From contig CBDCNQ010000004.1 of NCBI GenBank assembly GCA_965219445.1, positions 352,001-416,000 on the forward strand: a DNA stretch of 64,000 bases, given 5' to 3'. The stretch's first letter is position 1, and each line of letters begins with the position of its first letter. The notes under the pieces are model-generated. The model saw only the letters and a list, made by a program, of their open reading frames with translations. It was not told where the DNA came from and did no database searches. Positions 17,671 through 28,486 of the stretch are shown here, one piece after another. Position numbers and translations under genes: made by a program. The stretch is from Longimicrobiales bacterium (GTDB lineage Bacteria > Gemmatimonadota > Gemmatimonadetes > Longimicrobiales > Gaopeijiaceae).

Positions 17671-20109
17671 GTGGAAGTAAACAAAAAGACGTGTTGGGAC
17701 GATGAGGACACCGTGAACAAAGACGAGTTGCCGGCTCCCAGCGCGGGGGTCGAGTTCCCGCTTATGGCGGCGCCGGATTCGCCGGACGTCAGTTACGAGT
17801 CTTTCGGCTCGGACCAGGATGAGGATTCCGGCGTCGACGTGCGGCGGCTCGTCGCGGCTGTTTTTCGCTTCAAATGGGTGGTGGCTCTTGCCACGATCCT
17901 GGGAGCCGTTGCGGGGGGAATAGCCTGGTCCAGAGTGGACCTGGAGTACGTCGCGGGAGGGTCTCTGTGGTTGCAGGCCTCCGGGGGTCAACTTCGAAGT
18001 CAGGGTCCGATCACCGGAGCTGAGCTGCTGAGCTCTTCTTCCTGGATTGAGCTCCTCAGGTCCCTCGCGGTGCTGAATACGATGGCGGTCGAACAGAGGC
18101 TCTACTTGAGCGTGCCCGACACGACCTTCAGGCCGGTGTTCGTTTCGTTTGGGATCGACGAGACGTTGGTCCCCGGGGATTACGAGCTCCATTATGCACC
18201 CGTGACACAGACGGTGACACTTTTTCGTGAGGGACTCATCGTCGAGAGTGCGGCGCCTGGAGCAAGGCTTGGCACCACGGTGGGATTTGACTGGACCCCG
18301 CCGGTAGAGGCGCTTGCAGCTGAGGAACGGATCCAGTTCTCCGTCGCTGCACCGCGGGTCGTGGCGGGCCAGATCCGAGCAAACCTCACCACTCAGATGG
18401 ACCAGAACGGGGCCTTCATGCGTGTCCAGCTCAGGGGGAGAGACCCAGTTGAAGTCGCGTCCACGCTCAACGCGATCCTGGACCGGCACGTCAACCTCGC
18501 GGCCGACTTGAAGAGCGCCGCCCTCGACGAGCGGACATCTGTTCTCGAAGGACAGCTTGCTACCGTCGAGAGTGAGCTTCGGGACTCCGAGCGACAGCTC
18601 GAGTCGTTTCGGATCAACACGATTGCCCTCCCGTCGGACGCCGCCATGCCCATTCAGGGAGGCATCCAGCTAACGCAGGGACCCGTATTTCAGACCTACA
18701 ACAGCCTGAAAATCGAAATTGAGGAGCTGCGTGCTGGGCGGAGAGCGATGGAGCGTGTGCTGGCGAGCCTGCCGGACTCGACGCTCAGGGTAGAGGTTCT
18801 GGAAACCATTCCCGAGGTTGCGACCTCTTCTCAACTCGTCACGGCGCTGAACGAACTCACCAATGCCCGCGTCCTGCTTCGCTCGCTCAAGCAGCGCTAT
18901 ACCGACGAACACACGGACGTGCAGGATCTCACGCGGGTGACCCAGATACTCGAAACCGAAACGATCCCAGACCTCCTGCGGTCCCTTGTTCAACGGGTCC
19001 AGGACACCGAGGAACGACTGCAGGTTCGGATCGACGAGGCAACTATTGAGCTGGGCGATATTCCTCCCCGAACCATCGAGGAGACCGGATTGGTACGGCG
19101 AGTCGCTTTGGCCGACCGCCTTTATGGGGACCTCAGAGGGCGGTATCAGGAGGCGGTGCTGGCATCGGCCAGTTCAGTGCCTGACGTCCGAGTACTCGAC
19201 CGCGCATCCCCGCCGAGGACGCCCGAAGTGGACGCCCGTGTTCGGGCGGCTTTGATTTCTCTTCTTCTCGGACTCGGAATCGGGCTAGGCTTGGCAGCCC
19301 TTTTGGATCGTGCCGACACTCGCGTCCAGTACACCAGTGACGTCACCAACGCGCTCGGGCTTGACATCCTCGGGGTTGTCCCAGTGATGAAAAACGGACG
19401 CGAACAGAGCCGGCGCCAAGCGGTGGAGGCCTTCCGGGAACTCCGCATGAACTTGGAGTTCGCGTACGGAGCCGGGAAGCCACTCGCTCTGACGCTGACG
19501 AGTCCGGATCAGTCGGAGGGTAAGTCGACGCTGGTGGCTAATCTGGCGACCAGCTTCGCCTCGGTCGGTCGCAAAACCCTGGTGATCGATGGGGACACAC
19601 GAAGGGGGGATCTGCATCGGATGTTGGAAGTGCCGCGGAAACCTGGCCTCACCGAGTTCCTCCGAGGCGACGCTGCCCTCACCGAAACGGTCCAGGCTAC
19701 CGGGTATTCAGGGGTCCACCTCATTGCGTCGGGCTCCCGCTTCCAATCCTCTCCAGAGCTGCTCGCCTCCGGGAAGCTCGGCGATCTTCTGGGTGAGTTG
19801 TGGGCGCGCTACGACGTCATATTAGTGGATAGCCCGCCGCTCGGCGCTGGCGCCGACGCCCTGATCCTGGGAACTCTCACCGGTCAACTCGGGCTCGTTC
19901 TCCGAGCCGGCCAAAGCGACATGAGCTTCGCACAAGCGAAGTTGGGAGCTCTTGAGCGTCTTCCTGTTAGGATGCTCGGCGTGATTCTCAACGCCTTTGT
20001 TCCGGGACGAGCGCAGGGGCACTACGCTTATGCGGACTACATCGAGGGATACGGCTCGGCAGATGAAACGGAGGAACCAGAGGCCCTCTTAGGCGTGGTG
20101 GAACGGTAG
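17671..20109 (+). CDS. polysaccharide co-polymerase / tyrosine autokinase (Wzc/GumC family)
   Basis: Two TM segments, coiled coils, Walker A EGKST, IDGD.RR, VDSPP, Tyr cluster HYAYADYIEGY; start may be GTG at 17713. Confidence 0.92.
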   Translation: MEVNKKTCWDDEDTVNKDELPAPSAGVEFPLMAAPDSPDVSYESFGSDQDEDSGVDVRRLVAAVFRFKWVVALATILGAVAGGIAWSRVDLEYVAGGSLWLQASGGQLRSQGPITGAELLSSSSWIELLRSLAVLNTMAVEQRLYLSVPDTTFRPVFVSFGIDETLVPGDYELHYAPVTQTVTLFREGLIVESAAPGARLGTTVGFDWTPPVEALAAEERIQFSVAAPRVVAGQIRANLTTQMDQNGAFMRVQLRGRDPVEVASTLNAILDRHVNLAADLKSAALDERTSVLEGQLATVESELRDSERQLESFRINTIALPSDAAMPIQGGIQLTQGPVFQTYNSLKIEIEELRAGRRAMERVLASLPDSTLRVEVLETIPEVATSSQLVTALNELTNARVLLRSLKQRYTDEHTDVQDLTRVTQILETETIPDLLRSLVQRVQDTEERLQVRIDEATIELGDIPPRTIEETGLVRRVALADRLYGDLRGRYQEAVLASASSVPDVRVLDRASPPRTPEVDARVRAALISLLLGLGIGLGLAALLDRADTRVQYTSDVTNALGLDILGVVPVMKNGREQSRRQAVEAFRELRMNLEFAYGAGKPLALTLTSPDQSEGKSTLVANLATSFASVGRKTLVIDGDTRRGDLHRMLEVPRKPGLTEFLRGDAALTETVQATGYSGVHLIASGSRFQSSPELLASGKLGDLLGELWARYDVILVDSPPLGAGADALILGTLTGQLGLVLRAGQSDMSFAQAKLGALERLPVRMLGVILNAFVPGRAQGHYAYADYIEGYGSADETEEPEALLGVVER

Positions 20110-21072
20110 AATCGTTCCTGACCCCGGGTCGCCGACTTGAGCCGCTCGGAGAGCTTCCATACTTCGCCCGATCAGGTCTTTCGCCCTGAGCGAGCCCCCC
20201 GTCCCGTCGAAAGCGGCATAGTACCCTGCCGAAATCTGCAGGTCTGACCGCCGGCGCTCTTTGAGGACGGCCCGGTCGCTCACGGCCTCGACGAGGCGAG
20301 TCGCCAGGATCGCCGCACCTTCTTCATCCGTTCCAGGGGCTAGGACAAGGAACTCGTTCGTGCCCAGGATCCCCGTTGAGTCAGAGTCCCGGGTTACCTC
20401 CACCAGAGTCGCCGTGATTCGGTCGAGAAGCCGGGGAAACCCCGGATCGCTCAAAGGCACTTTTAGGACTTCGTCCGGAGATCCCTCCACAACCTCTTCA
20501 GAGGAAACGACGCTCTGGCCCTCCCTTGGCCCGAGAGCCACGCAGGCCGTCCACCGCTGGCTCCGCTGTGCGTCCGCAACCAACTCCACGGCCCGCGCGA
20601 ACAACCCGTGCCAGTTATAGAGACCTGTTGCGGGATCCTTGTGTGTGTACTCCCAAGCATCCTCGACCTGTCTACGGGCACTAAGAAACGTTTTCAGCTT
20701 ACCTACAAGCTCGACCGGATCGATCGGTGAAGAAAAAATATCCCAAATACCGGATCTAAAGCACTCGTGCCGCTCCGTCCTGCTGAGACGAGCGGCGGTG
20801 GCAATGATGAAGGGGGTAGTATCGTCTACCGACGGCATGGCTCTGATGGCACGGCAGGCGTCCAGACCCAAGACGTCGGACAGGCTGTAGTCCACGATGA
20901 CGAGGTCGGGCCGGAGCCGGACGGCCAAGTCGATCGCTTGCCGACCGGTATAGGCTTTGACAACCGCAAATCCTGCTGGCTGGAGGACGCTCTCTATCGA
21001 CCGTGCAGTCCACTCTTGGCGGTTGACGAGCAGTACGATTGGAGCACGTGAGGCCGCGTGCTGACGGGTCAT
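20089..21072 (-). CDS. response regulator with degenerate GGDEF-like domain
   Basis: REC-like N-terminus (PDLVIVD), DPATGLYN, GTNEF in place of GGDEF. Confidence 0.75.
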   Translation of the reverse strand: MTRQHAASRAPIVLLVNRQEWTARSIESVLQPAGFAVVKAYTGRQAIDLAVRLRPDLVIVDYSLSDVLGLDACRAIRAMPSVDDTTPFIIATAARLSRTERHECFRSGIWDIFSSPIDPVELVGKLKTFLSARRQVEDAWEYTHKDPATGLYNWHGLFARAVELVADAQRSQRWTACVALGPREGQSVVSSEEVVEGSPDEVLKVPLSDPGFPRLLDRITATLVEVTRDSDSTGILGTNEFLVLAPGTDEEGAAILATRLVEAVSDRAVLKERRRSDLQISAGYYAAFDGTGGSLRAKDLIGRSMEALRAAQVGDPGSGTILPFHHA

Positions 21073-21424
21073 GTGCGGCCTCTCGGGGCCGATGGGATGT
21101 TCCAAATAAGGGTCACGGGAGCCCTCGGGAAATACATAGCACAAATAGCTGCATGAAACGTGCTAGCGTCGAAGCTGATGCTGAGCAGAGCCACTTTCCC
21201 GATGAGTTAGAAAGGTTGAGGTAGGCCGGACCGATAGCGTTCGCCGAGTCCACGGACCCTCACAAGGATAAAGGGTAGGGGGAAATCGTTGCACGAAGGC
21301 GAAAAACGTGGTGACTCTGCAACGGATTCGTACGATCGACGCGAAGGCGCGTGTGACGTGGCCCGGCGACCCCTGGAGCCCGATCGTTATTGAAAGAGGG
21401 TTCGATCTTGCCACAGGATAATGA

Positions 21425-21440
21425 TGGCAAGGGTATTGCA
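21425..21440 (+). promoter_or_regulatory. sigma-54 (-24/-12) promoter for the export gene
   Basis: TGGCAAGGGTATTGCA with GG-N10-GC spacing, about 47 bp before the start. Confidence 0.65.
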
Positions 21441-21486
21441 AGCCGGTCACAGCGGGCTTCGAAATGCCGGACTCTTATAGAGGGGA

Positions 21487-22275
21487 ATGTGGATGACCAA
21501 GCTTGTGACGATAGTAGCCGCACTTGGCTTCGCTGTCCCGGCCCTGTGCAGTGGTCAGGACGCCGTCGATCCGACACGCCTCGAGATCGATCGAGCGGAG
21601 CTGACACGTCTCCTGGCCCAATACGACGCTGTAGCACAGTCTACCGCTTTTAGCGATGTGCTGCGCGACGAGGGGCGGACACGCGCAGGCGTCATCCGAG
21701 AGCGCTTGAGTATGGGTGACTTTCGGGCCGGCGACCAGATCGCACTATTCATCGAGGGGGGCGGGGCCGTTCAGTGGGATACCGTGGTGGTCGAGGCTGG
21801 GCCCCTGATCGATGTACCGACTCTCGGGCCGATCCTGCTAGAGGGGGTGTTGAGATCGGAGCTGGAGACGCACCTTAACACGGAACTCGGTCGCTTCATC
21901 CAATTACCAAGAGTACAGGCACGCGCTTTGATCCGCGTCTCGGTGATGGGAGTGGGGCAGCCAGGGTTCTATATGATGCCAGCCGACCTGCCGTTGAGCG
22001 AGGCGGTGATGTTGGCGGGTGGCCCCGGCCCCGGGGTCGATCCGGGTCAGATGCGGGTCGAACGGGGGCAGGAAGTGCTGTGGTCTGTTGAGGAGCTCCT
22101 GGCTCCGGTGGCGGAGGGCCGTACGCTGGACGACCTGGGACTGAGGGCCGGGGACAGAATCATCCTACGAGAGGGGAGTGCGCCTGGTGGTGCTGGCCTA
22201 ACATCAAGGATCACGAGCACGGCCATCTTTTGGATTCCCACCGTTGTGTTGGGGTTTTTTGGGCTTCGGCGTTAG
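21487..22275 (+). CDS. polysaccharide export protein with SLBB domain (Wza-like)
   Basis: Signal peptide, FRAGD.I, VSVMGV..PG.Y, LSEAVMLAGG, LRAGDRI. Confidence 0.8.
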   Translation: MWMTKLVTIVAALGFAVPALCSGQDAVDPTRLEIDRAELTRLLAQYDAVAQSTAFSDVLRDEGRTRAGVIRERLSMGDFRAGDQIALFIEGGGAVQWDTVVVEAGPLIDVPTLGPILLEGVLRSELETHLNTELGRFIQLPRVQARALIRVSVMGVGQPGFYMMPADLPLSEAVMLAGGPGPGVDPGQMRVERGQEVLWSVEELLAPVAEGRTLDDLGLRAGDRIILREGSAPGGAGLTSRITSTAIFWIPTVVLGFFGLRR

Positions 22276-22414
22276 CGTCGCGCTACGTCGACGCTCGTGA
22301 CTGGGACCGGGTCCCACTTAGAAGGGCGACGCGGCTTTTGACGCCACGACGAATTTGCTGCTGGGCCTGTACACCGTGAACACCGACACCTGGGAGCTGT
22401 CGTAGGCTCCCCCC

Positions 22415-23204
22415 TCACCCGGTCGGATCCCCCACCGTCCCCAAAAACAGAATCGCCCCAGACACCCGTTCCCGAATAGCGAACACAAACGGCCGGTCGG
22501 CCTGGAGCGCAGGCGTCCCTGGGGTGGCGAAGGCGGTGCCGGTAGCGGCGGCGGTCTCGGTGCCGGAAGTCTACCGTCACGATCTCAGCCGGGTCGAACG
22601 GGTCGGTCCATTCCCCTTTGAAGTAGATGGTGTTGACCAGCAGGGCGAGCATGCCTTTGAACTCCTCGGCCGTGACCAGTGCCGGAATTCGGCCCTCGGT
22701 GGCCGTGCCCACCCAGTGGTTGATCGTATCGGCCATGTGGGATTCCTCGAAGCGCACGCTCTCGATCCGGGCGTCGAAGCTTTCCTGCACTCGGTTCCGG
22801 TAGTCACGTCGGAACCGAAAGCCCTCGTCGAGCCAGGAAGTGTTAGCGAGCCGAAACTCGACGCCGGGGTCCGGCCGCATCAACGACGCCGTCAAGGCCC
22901 TGAAGACTTCGTTGGCCTCGTCCCTTACGAGGCCGTTCAGGCCCAGTGCGTCCCCTATGGCGCTGAAGGTCTTGCCGCCCGCGCCGTTCATCAGCATCCC
23001 CAGCGACATGGACAGGCTGAGGGGGGAGACGAAGACGTTGAGGACGTCATCCGACCGATCCGCGTAGAGCCGCCGGAGCAGCTCGAAGCCGAAGTCGTTG
23101 CCTGTCCGGAACGCCTGCGTCTCGGCCGCGCTCAGAGTACGCGGGAGCTCGCTGATCTCGGCCGGCGGGCTCTCCGTCGACCGGCGCACGATAATTCGCA
23201 CCAC
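22415..23204 (-). pseudogene. serpin with internal deletion and frameshift
   Basis: NVFVSPLSL, INHWV, NTIYFKGEW; in another frame GTETAAAT...ADRPFVFAIRE..GAILFLG.VGDP then stop at 22415. Confidence 0.85.
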
Positions 23205-23298
23205 CCGTCTCAGCTTATTCGTTCCCTCCCGCGTGGCAACCCCGATGGTGCACTAGTCGGCGGACTTGCCAGTGGGCGGACTTGGCGGAGAGGACCTC

Positions 23299-24186
23299 TC
23301 AAACGCGATTCGCCCGCTCGAGGTAGAACCGCATCCCGTCCCAATCGACTGCGGCCTTGAAGGCGTCGAAGTACCCGTCCACCTCGTCCGTCGGCCGGAA
23401 CGCCGAGATCGCCTCCCGAACCTCGCCCTCATATACGTCGCGATCCGCCTCGTTCCCTGCTGCCAGGGCCGCTTCGACCCGGTCACGGAAGGCCGACAGC
23501 CGGCTCCGCATCTCGCTAACGCGGCCCGCGAAGTCTTCGTGGACACCGAAATGGGAGACGCCAAAGGTCTCAGGGTCAATCGACTCGAGGTCGTGGAGAG
23601 TATCCAACCAAGCGGACACGTCGACAGAGGGAGGCGGCGTCGGCGGATGCGTCGGCGCATCCGGGGCGAGGATCACACCCAATGCATCTCCTGCCACGAG
23701 GGTCCCCGCCGCCTCGACCAGGTAGGACACATGATGCGAAATATGCCCCGGCGTGGCCAAGGCCCGAGCCCCGGGGACCGGCAGCCGTCCCGTCGGCTCC
23801 CAAGGTCGTATGCGCTCTGTGGGGATGGGTACGACGTCACCCCATAGGCGATCATGCGCCCCGCCGAACGTCCTCCGGGTGCTGGCCACGAGGCGCTCGG
23901 GGTCGGCCATATGCGGCGCACCATCGGTGTGAACATGCACTTCGAGGTGAGGATGGCGGGAAACCAGGTGCCCTGTCCCACCCGCATGATCGAGGTGAAC
24001 ATGCGTGAGTAAGACATGGTGGATGTCGGAGAGTCCGACACCCAGCTCGGCCAAGCCGTCCTCGAGCCCGCCGAGCGATGTGGAGGGGCCCGGGTCAACG
24101 ATCGCCGGCTCGGGACCATCGATCCAATAAGCCGAGATCGCCCCACGAACACCGAGGTGTATGACGTCGATCGGCGTAACGGTCAT
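23299..24186 (-). CDS. MBL-fold metallo-hydrolase
   Basis: THVHLDHAGG, TPGH, GDA. Confidence 0.9.
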   Translation of the reverse strand: MTVTPIDVIHLGVRGAISAYWIDGPEPAIVDPGPSTSLGGLEDGLAELGVGLSDIHHVLLTHVHLDHAGGTGHLVSRHPHLEVHVHTDGAPHMADPERLVASTRRTFGGAHDRLWGDVVPIPTERIRPWEPTGRLPVPGARALATPGHISHHVSYLVEAAGTLVAGDALGVILAPDAPTHPPTPPPSVDVSAWLDTLHDLESIDPETFGVSHFGVHEDFAGRVSEMRSRLSAFRDRVEAALAAGNEADRDVYEGEVREAISAFRPTDEVDGYFDAFKAAVDWDGMRFYLERANRV

Positions 24187-24225
24187 GCGCGGGGCTGGCC
24201 GTGGTGGCGGCGGGAAAGAATCGGT

Positions 24226-25533
24226 CTAACGATCCTCTGCGGGGACGAAGTCACGCTGTTCACTCCCCGTGAAGATCTGCCTCGGGCGCGAAATGCTCTG
24301 TTCCTTGTCTTCGAGAAGCTCATCCCACTGCGCCAGCCAACCCACCGACCTCGGAATCGCGAAGAGCACGGGGAACATCTCCACCGGAAAACCCAGCGCC
24401 TGGTAAATGAGGCCTGAATAGAAGTCGACGTTCGGGTAAAGGTTCCGGGAGACGAAGAAGTCATCTTCGAGTGCGATCCTCTCCAACTCGAGCGCGATGT
24501 CGAGAAGCGGGTTTCTCCCCGTGACCTCGAACACTTCATCGGCGGCCCGCTTGAGGATGCTCGCGCGTGGATCGTACGCCTTGTACACGCGATGCCCGAA
24601 GCCCATCAGGCGCTCCTCCTTACGCTTCACGCCCTCCATGAACGCGGGAATATTGTCCGTCGTTCCGATCCTCAGGAGCATCCTCAGGACCGCCTCGTTC
24701 GCGCCGCCATGGAGCGGCCCGAAGAGTGCCCCTATCGCTCCGGCGAGAGCCGAATAGGGGTCCGCCTCACTGCTCCCGATCGTCCGCATCGCCGTGGTCG
24801 AACAATTCTGCTCGTGGTCCGCATGGAGGATGAAGAGTATGTCCAGTGCGCGCTCGACGATGGGGTTGGGCTTGTAATCGCCCCCTCCGATGCGGAACAG
24901 CATGTTGAGAAAGTTGGCCGTGAAGGAAAGCTCGTTCTCCGGCAATACGGGGGGGAGGCCCTGGTGGTGCCGGTATGTGAACCCCGCGAGCGTCGGCATC
25001 TTCGCCACCAGCCGGTGGATTTGGAGCCGCCGGTTGTCCGCGTCTCGCACGTTCCTCGCTTCGGGGTAGAATGTTCCGAGTGCGGCTACACTGCTGATCA
25101 ACATGCTCATGGCATGAGCGTCGTACCGGAACCCGTTCATGACGGTCCGGATATTCTCGTGTACGTACGTATGGTTCGTGATATCGTGCACGAAATCGTC
25201 CAGTTCGGACGGCGTCGGCAGCTCTCCGTTCAGCAGCAGATACGCGACCTCGAGGAACGTACTGCGCTCGGCGAGTTGTTCGATCGGATAGCCGCGGTAG
25301 CGAAGGATCCCCTTTCCACCGTCGATGTAGGTGATGGTGCTTCGGGTCGAGGCGGTATTCTTGAATCCGGGATCGTAGGTCATCATGCCGAAATCGCCGT
25401 CGTCGATCTTGATCTGTCGGAGATCCATGGCGCGAATGACCTCGCCCTCGTGGATGTCGACCTCGTACTCGCGCCCTGTCCGGTTATCCCTGATCGTCAG
25501 ACTGTCCTTCCCACCACTCCCGTCTTCAGTCAT
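24226..25533 (-). CDS. gltA: citrate synthase
   Basis: LHADHEQNCST, GPLHGGAN, GFGHRVYK, YPNVDFYSG. Confidence 0.97.
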   Translation of the reverse strand: MTEDGSGGKDSLTIRDNRTGREYEVDIHEGEVIRAMDLRQIKIDDGDFGMMTYDPGFKNTASTRSTITYIDGGKGILRYRGYPIEQLAERSTFLEVAYLLLNGELPTPSELDDFVHDITNHTYVHENIRTVMNGFRYDAHAMSMLISSVAALGTFYPEARNVRDADNRRLQIHRLVAKMPTLAGFTYRHHQGLPPVLPENELSFTANFLNMLFRIGGGDYKPNPIVERALDILFILHADHEQNCSTTAMRTIGSSEADPYSALAGAIGALFGPLHGGANEAVLRMLLRIGTTDNIPAFMEGVKRKEERLMGFGHRVYKAYDPRASILKRAADEVFEVTGRNPLLDIALELERIALEDDFFVSRNLYPNVDFYSGLIYQALGFPVEMFPVLFAIPRSVGWLAQWDELLEDKEQSISRPRQIFTGSEQRDFVPAEDR

Positions 25534-25728
25534 TTCCTCTCCGTAAGCGGTCATGTAGCCCGTGAACCCCAGCGAACCGAACTCCCGAAAGCGATGGAAT
25601 GTCGTGCCTCTGAAGCTGGATAGGGCCTAACTTAAGGAATTCATGGTCGCCGATGAAGTACGAGGAGGCGCCCACAACCGCAAGCACGAGAGGGAAACAC
25701 TGTCCAAGGGTCCGAAGGGAGTCCGTAG

Positions 25729-26283
25729 ATGAGTGCCGCCCCAATCTCCTTCACCTTCGACTGGCGCCCCGGCGAGCACGCCCGGGTTACGAGCTTGCTG
25801 ATCCACGAACAGTTCTCGTCCGGGCTGTGGCGCATCCTCAAGTGGGCCGTCGTCTTTGTGCTGGTCCTGAGCGCGACCCTGACCGTCGCCGCCGCGGCAG
25901 TGGGCGATCTCGCTTCCACGGTGCGGCTCGGTCCACTTACGCTCGTCGTGTCCGGGCTGACCTGGAAGCTGCCGATCCTTACTGGACGACTCCAAGCTTG
26001 GCGCGTAAGACGGAGTGATCCCAACGTAGCGCACCCGATAACCCACACGCTCGACGACTCGGGGCTCCATATCGGCATGCGCACGCTCAACGCCGAACTC
26101 AAGTGGGCGGGGATGAACAGGGTCCGTGAAACGCCCGAGATGTTTCTCTTCTACTACAGTCGGCGCACGGCCTACTTCCTTCCCAAGCGCGTACTGGGGC
26201 CCGCCGATGATTCGGCGCGTCTCGCCGACTGGATCCGGACTCGACTTCCGCAAGGCGTGGCCTACATCACCCCCTGGGGGTGA
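25729..26283 (+). CDS. YcxB-like membrane protein
   Basis: Two TM segments then ELKW...RET...FL.Y....YFLPKR. Confidence 0.7.
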   Translation: MSAAPISFTFDWRPGEHARVTSLLIHEQFSSGLWRILKWAVVFVLVLSATLTVAAAAVGDLASTVRLGPLTLVVSGLTWKLPILTGRLQAWRVRRSDPNVAHPITHTLDDSGLHIGMRTLNAELKWAGMNRVRETPEMFLFYYSRRTAYFLPKRVLGPADDSARLADWIRTRLPQGVAYITPWG

Positions 26284-26376
26284 AGGAGAGAGAGAGGGGG
26301 GGGGCAGCGCCGCCTTGCGCGGCCACTCCGAGGCCCATCAGGCCCAAGACCCGAACGACTTCGATGGGAACTCGAC

Positions 26377-27279
26377 TCAAAAGAGACCCCACGTCGTCCG
26401 GTAACTCACCCCGATCCCGACTCCCGTCGGGAGGTTTCGCCCAGCCAGCGGAATCTGACCCGACACCTCGACTTTACCGGGACCGACAGGGTACCCTACC
26501 GTGGGCACGATCTGAAGCAAGCGGCGCGCCTCGTCGTCGGACAACGTGAGTCCGGATACGGTCGGTGCCTGGCCCCAGAGGCCGTCGGCTCCGAGTTCCA
26601 AAGTGAGCTCACCTACCGAGCCACCGACGGCCAGATGTCCGAAGGTCTCCTCACCTGGCTCGTATTCACGCACGTCGCTAAGGCCTCGCCACCGATACCC
26701 CACCCACCCCGCAACATAGATGGGAAGGAAGTGCAAGGCCGTTCCGGATTCGAGGCTGACTTCGAAATCGCTCTGCCCCTCCGTGAGCGGTAAAACGGTC
26801 GCGTCCACGGGGAATGTGCTACCGGGCGTTTTACCACCAAACCTGAGCCCCACGGGTGCATCAAATCCGAAGAGAGCAGGAGTAACGCGGACCGCGAATC
26901 GTAAATCGCCAACTCCCGAACTCGCGCTGTTCCCACCATCACTCGTCACATCGAGGTTATGGACCGGCAACTGGGCCCAGAGATCGATGCCCTCCGCCAG
27001 GCCCACAGAAGCGGTCAAGAAAACCGAGCGGGTCAAGAAATTGCTCGCCGCCAGAAAATCCTGGACGTCACCATTCCGGTTGTAGAAGCTGACGGATCGC
27101 TGACGAAACAGGGATATTTGGGCCCAGCCGGCGCCGGGCGGGAGGCCGGTGATCGATCCGCCCTGCGAAAGAGTCGGCGATGAATGTGGAGCACTGCAGA
27201 TAGCCTGGCCCGAGAGGGGCAAGGGAAGAAGCACGGCCAAAGCGATGACCGAGAGGCCGGACAATCGAGTCAACATCAT
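26377..27279 (-). CDS. putative outer-membrane beta-barrel protein
   Basis: Signal peptide, SGVGDL motif, alternating strands, terminal Phe. Confidence 0.6.
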   Translation of the reverse strand: MMLTRLSGLSVIALAVLLPLPLSGQAICSAPHSSPTLSQGGSITGLPPGAGWAQISLFRQRSVSFYNRNGDVQDFLAASNFLTRSVFLTASVGLAEGIDLWAQLPVHNLDVTSDGGNSASSGVGDLRFAVRVTPALFGFDAPVGLRFGGKTPGSTFPVDATVLPLTEGQSDFEVSLESGTALHFLPIYVAGWVGYRWRGLSDVREYEPGEETFGHLAVGGSVGELTLELGADGLWGQAPTVSGLTLSDDEARRLLQIVPTVGYPVGPGKVEVSGQIPLAGRNLPTGVGIGVSYRTTWGLF

Positions 27280-27423
27280 CACCCCCGAGTGCTGGGCACA
27301 AAAAATGGCAATCTCTTGGCGTCGACCAGCGTTCGGCGGACGTTTCGAGCGTGGCCTAGAGAGAAAGCGTTGTCGTCTTCTCAATCGATGGCGCGGAGAG
27401 AAGGTTCCGCAGGGCAGGCCCAC

Positions 27424-28293
27424 TTAAATCGTTATCACGAGCGCGAGCGTAAGGATCTTGTCGACCTTGTCACCCGGGGTCAGTACGTCGGTCCCTGACG
27501 GCACCCCGCCCGGGTCGAGCAACACGACGCTTAGCAGCGAGGGCCGCTTGTCGTAGAGCAGCTGAAGGGACGTCTTGAACGAGAGCCGCTCCGACAGTGA
27601 CACACCCAGCGAATTGACCCAGTCCGCGCGTAGGTCGTCCGTGTCTTCCACGTTCTCGTCGACGATGAGCGCAGACGAGAATTCGGCGCCTCCGGGAAGC
27701 TGCCGCATCGCCTCCACCGTCAACCGTATGCCGCCGAACCCTTCGTCCACGTCCGGTGCCGGATCCACGTCCTTCTGGATCGTGTAAGTGAGTCCGATGT
27801 CGGTCTTGAAGCGGCCCGTCTCACTGTCGGTCCAAGCCTTGCCGAGACCTGCGACGAAAGAGTAGCGGTTCTGAATCCCCGCGAAGGTGTTCCGATCCCA
27901 CCCGGCTCCCGAGAACGCAAACGCACTCGCGAAAGCACGATCGTACCGACCGCGCGCGAAGTAATTCTCGGCCGTGAGCTCGGAGTTTCTGGTCTCGTTC
28001 ACGGTGAAGTTGGTCGCGCTACCGGTTGCCGTGAGGGTGCGGAAGGTCGTCTCGCCACGGATTCCGCCCAGCTCTATCTTGAACGCGTTCTGTCCGCCCG
28101 TCGCGACCAGTGTGGACTTCAGGCCGAGTGTGCTTGATGAGGCGTTTCCACCCGTAGAGACAAAGCTCAGCTCCGTCGAATTCTCCCATGTGTAAGCACC
28201 CGTGTCGTCTTGCGCCCTGGCGTAACCCAGAAGGGCCAGCAGAGCGATGAGGAGAAACGAACCTTTCACACCGTGGACACACCTCTTCTTCAT
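27424..28293 (-). CDS. DUF481 outer-membrane beta-barrel protein
   Basis: Signal peptide, T.GNA..STL, D..AGI..RY. Confidence 0.75.
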   Translation of the reverse strand: MKKRCVHGVKGSFLLIALLALLGYARAQDDTGAYTWENSTELSFVSTGGNASSSTLGLKSTLVATGGQNAFKIELGGIRGETTFRTLTATGSATNFTVNETRNSELTAENYFARGRYDRAFASAFAFSGAGWDRNTFAGIQNRYSFVAGLGKAWTDSETGRFKTDIGLTYTIQKDVDPAPDVDEGFGGIRLTVEAMRQLPGGAEFSSALIVDENVEDTDDLRADWVNSLGVSLSERLSFKTSLQLLYDKRPSLLSVVLLDPGGVPSGTDVLTPGDKVDKILTLALVITI

Positions 28294-28486
28294 GTTATCG
28301 CACCTTTCATGATGATTGATACCTGAGGACCCCGGGGCTCGAGGCTGGTGAAAAAGCTAACAATTCTGGGCCCGTGGGCTCTTCTTCAGAGGCCGGGAGG
28401 AACGGGCCGCTCAAGCCACGATCAAGAACGAGATCACCGCATTCGCGAAGCCCTCGGAAAGCACTTTGTACAGAGCCGCCAGGGCC

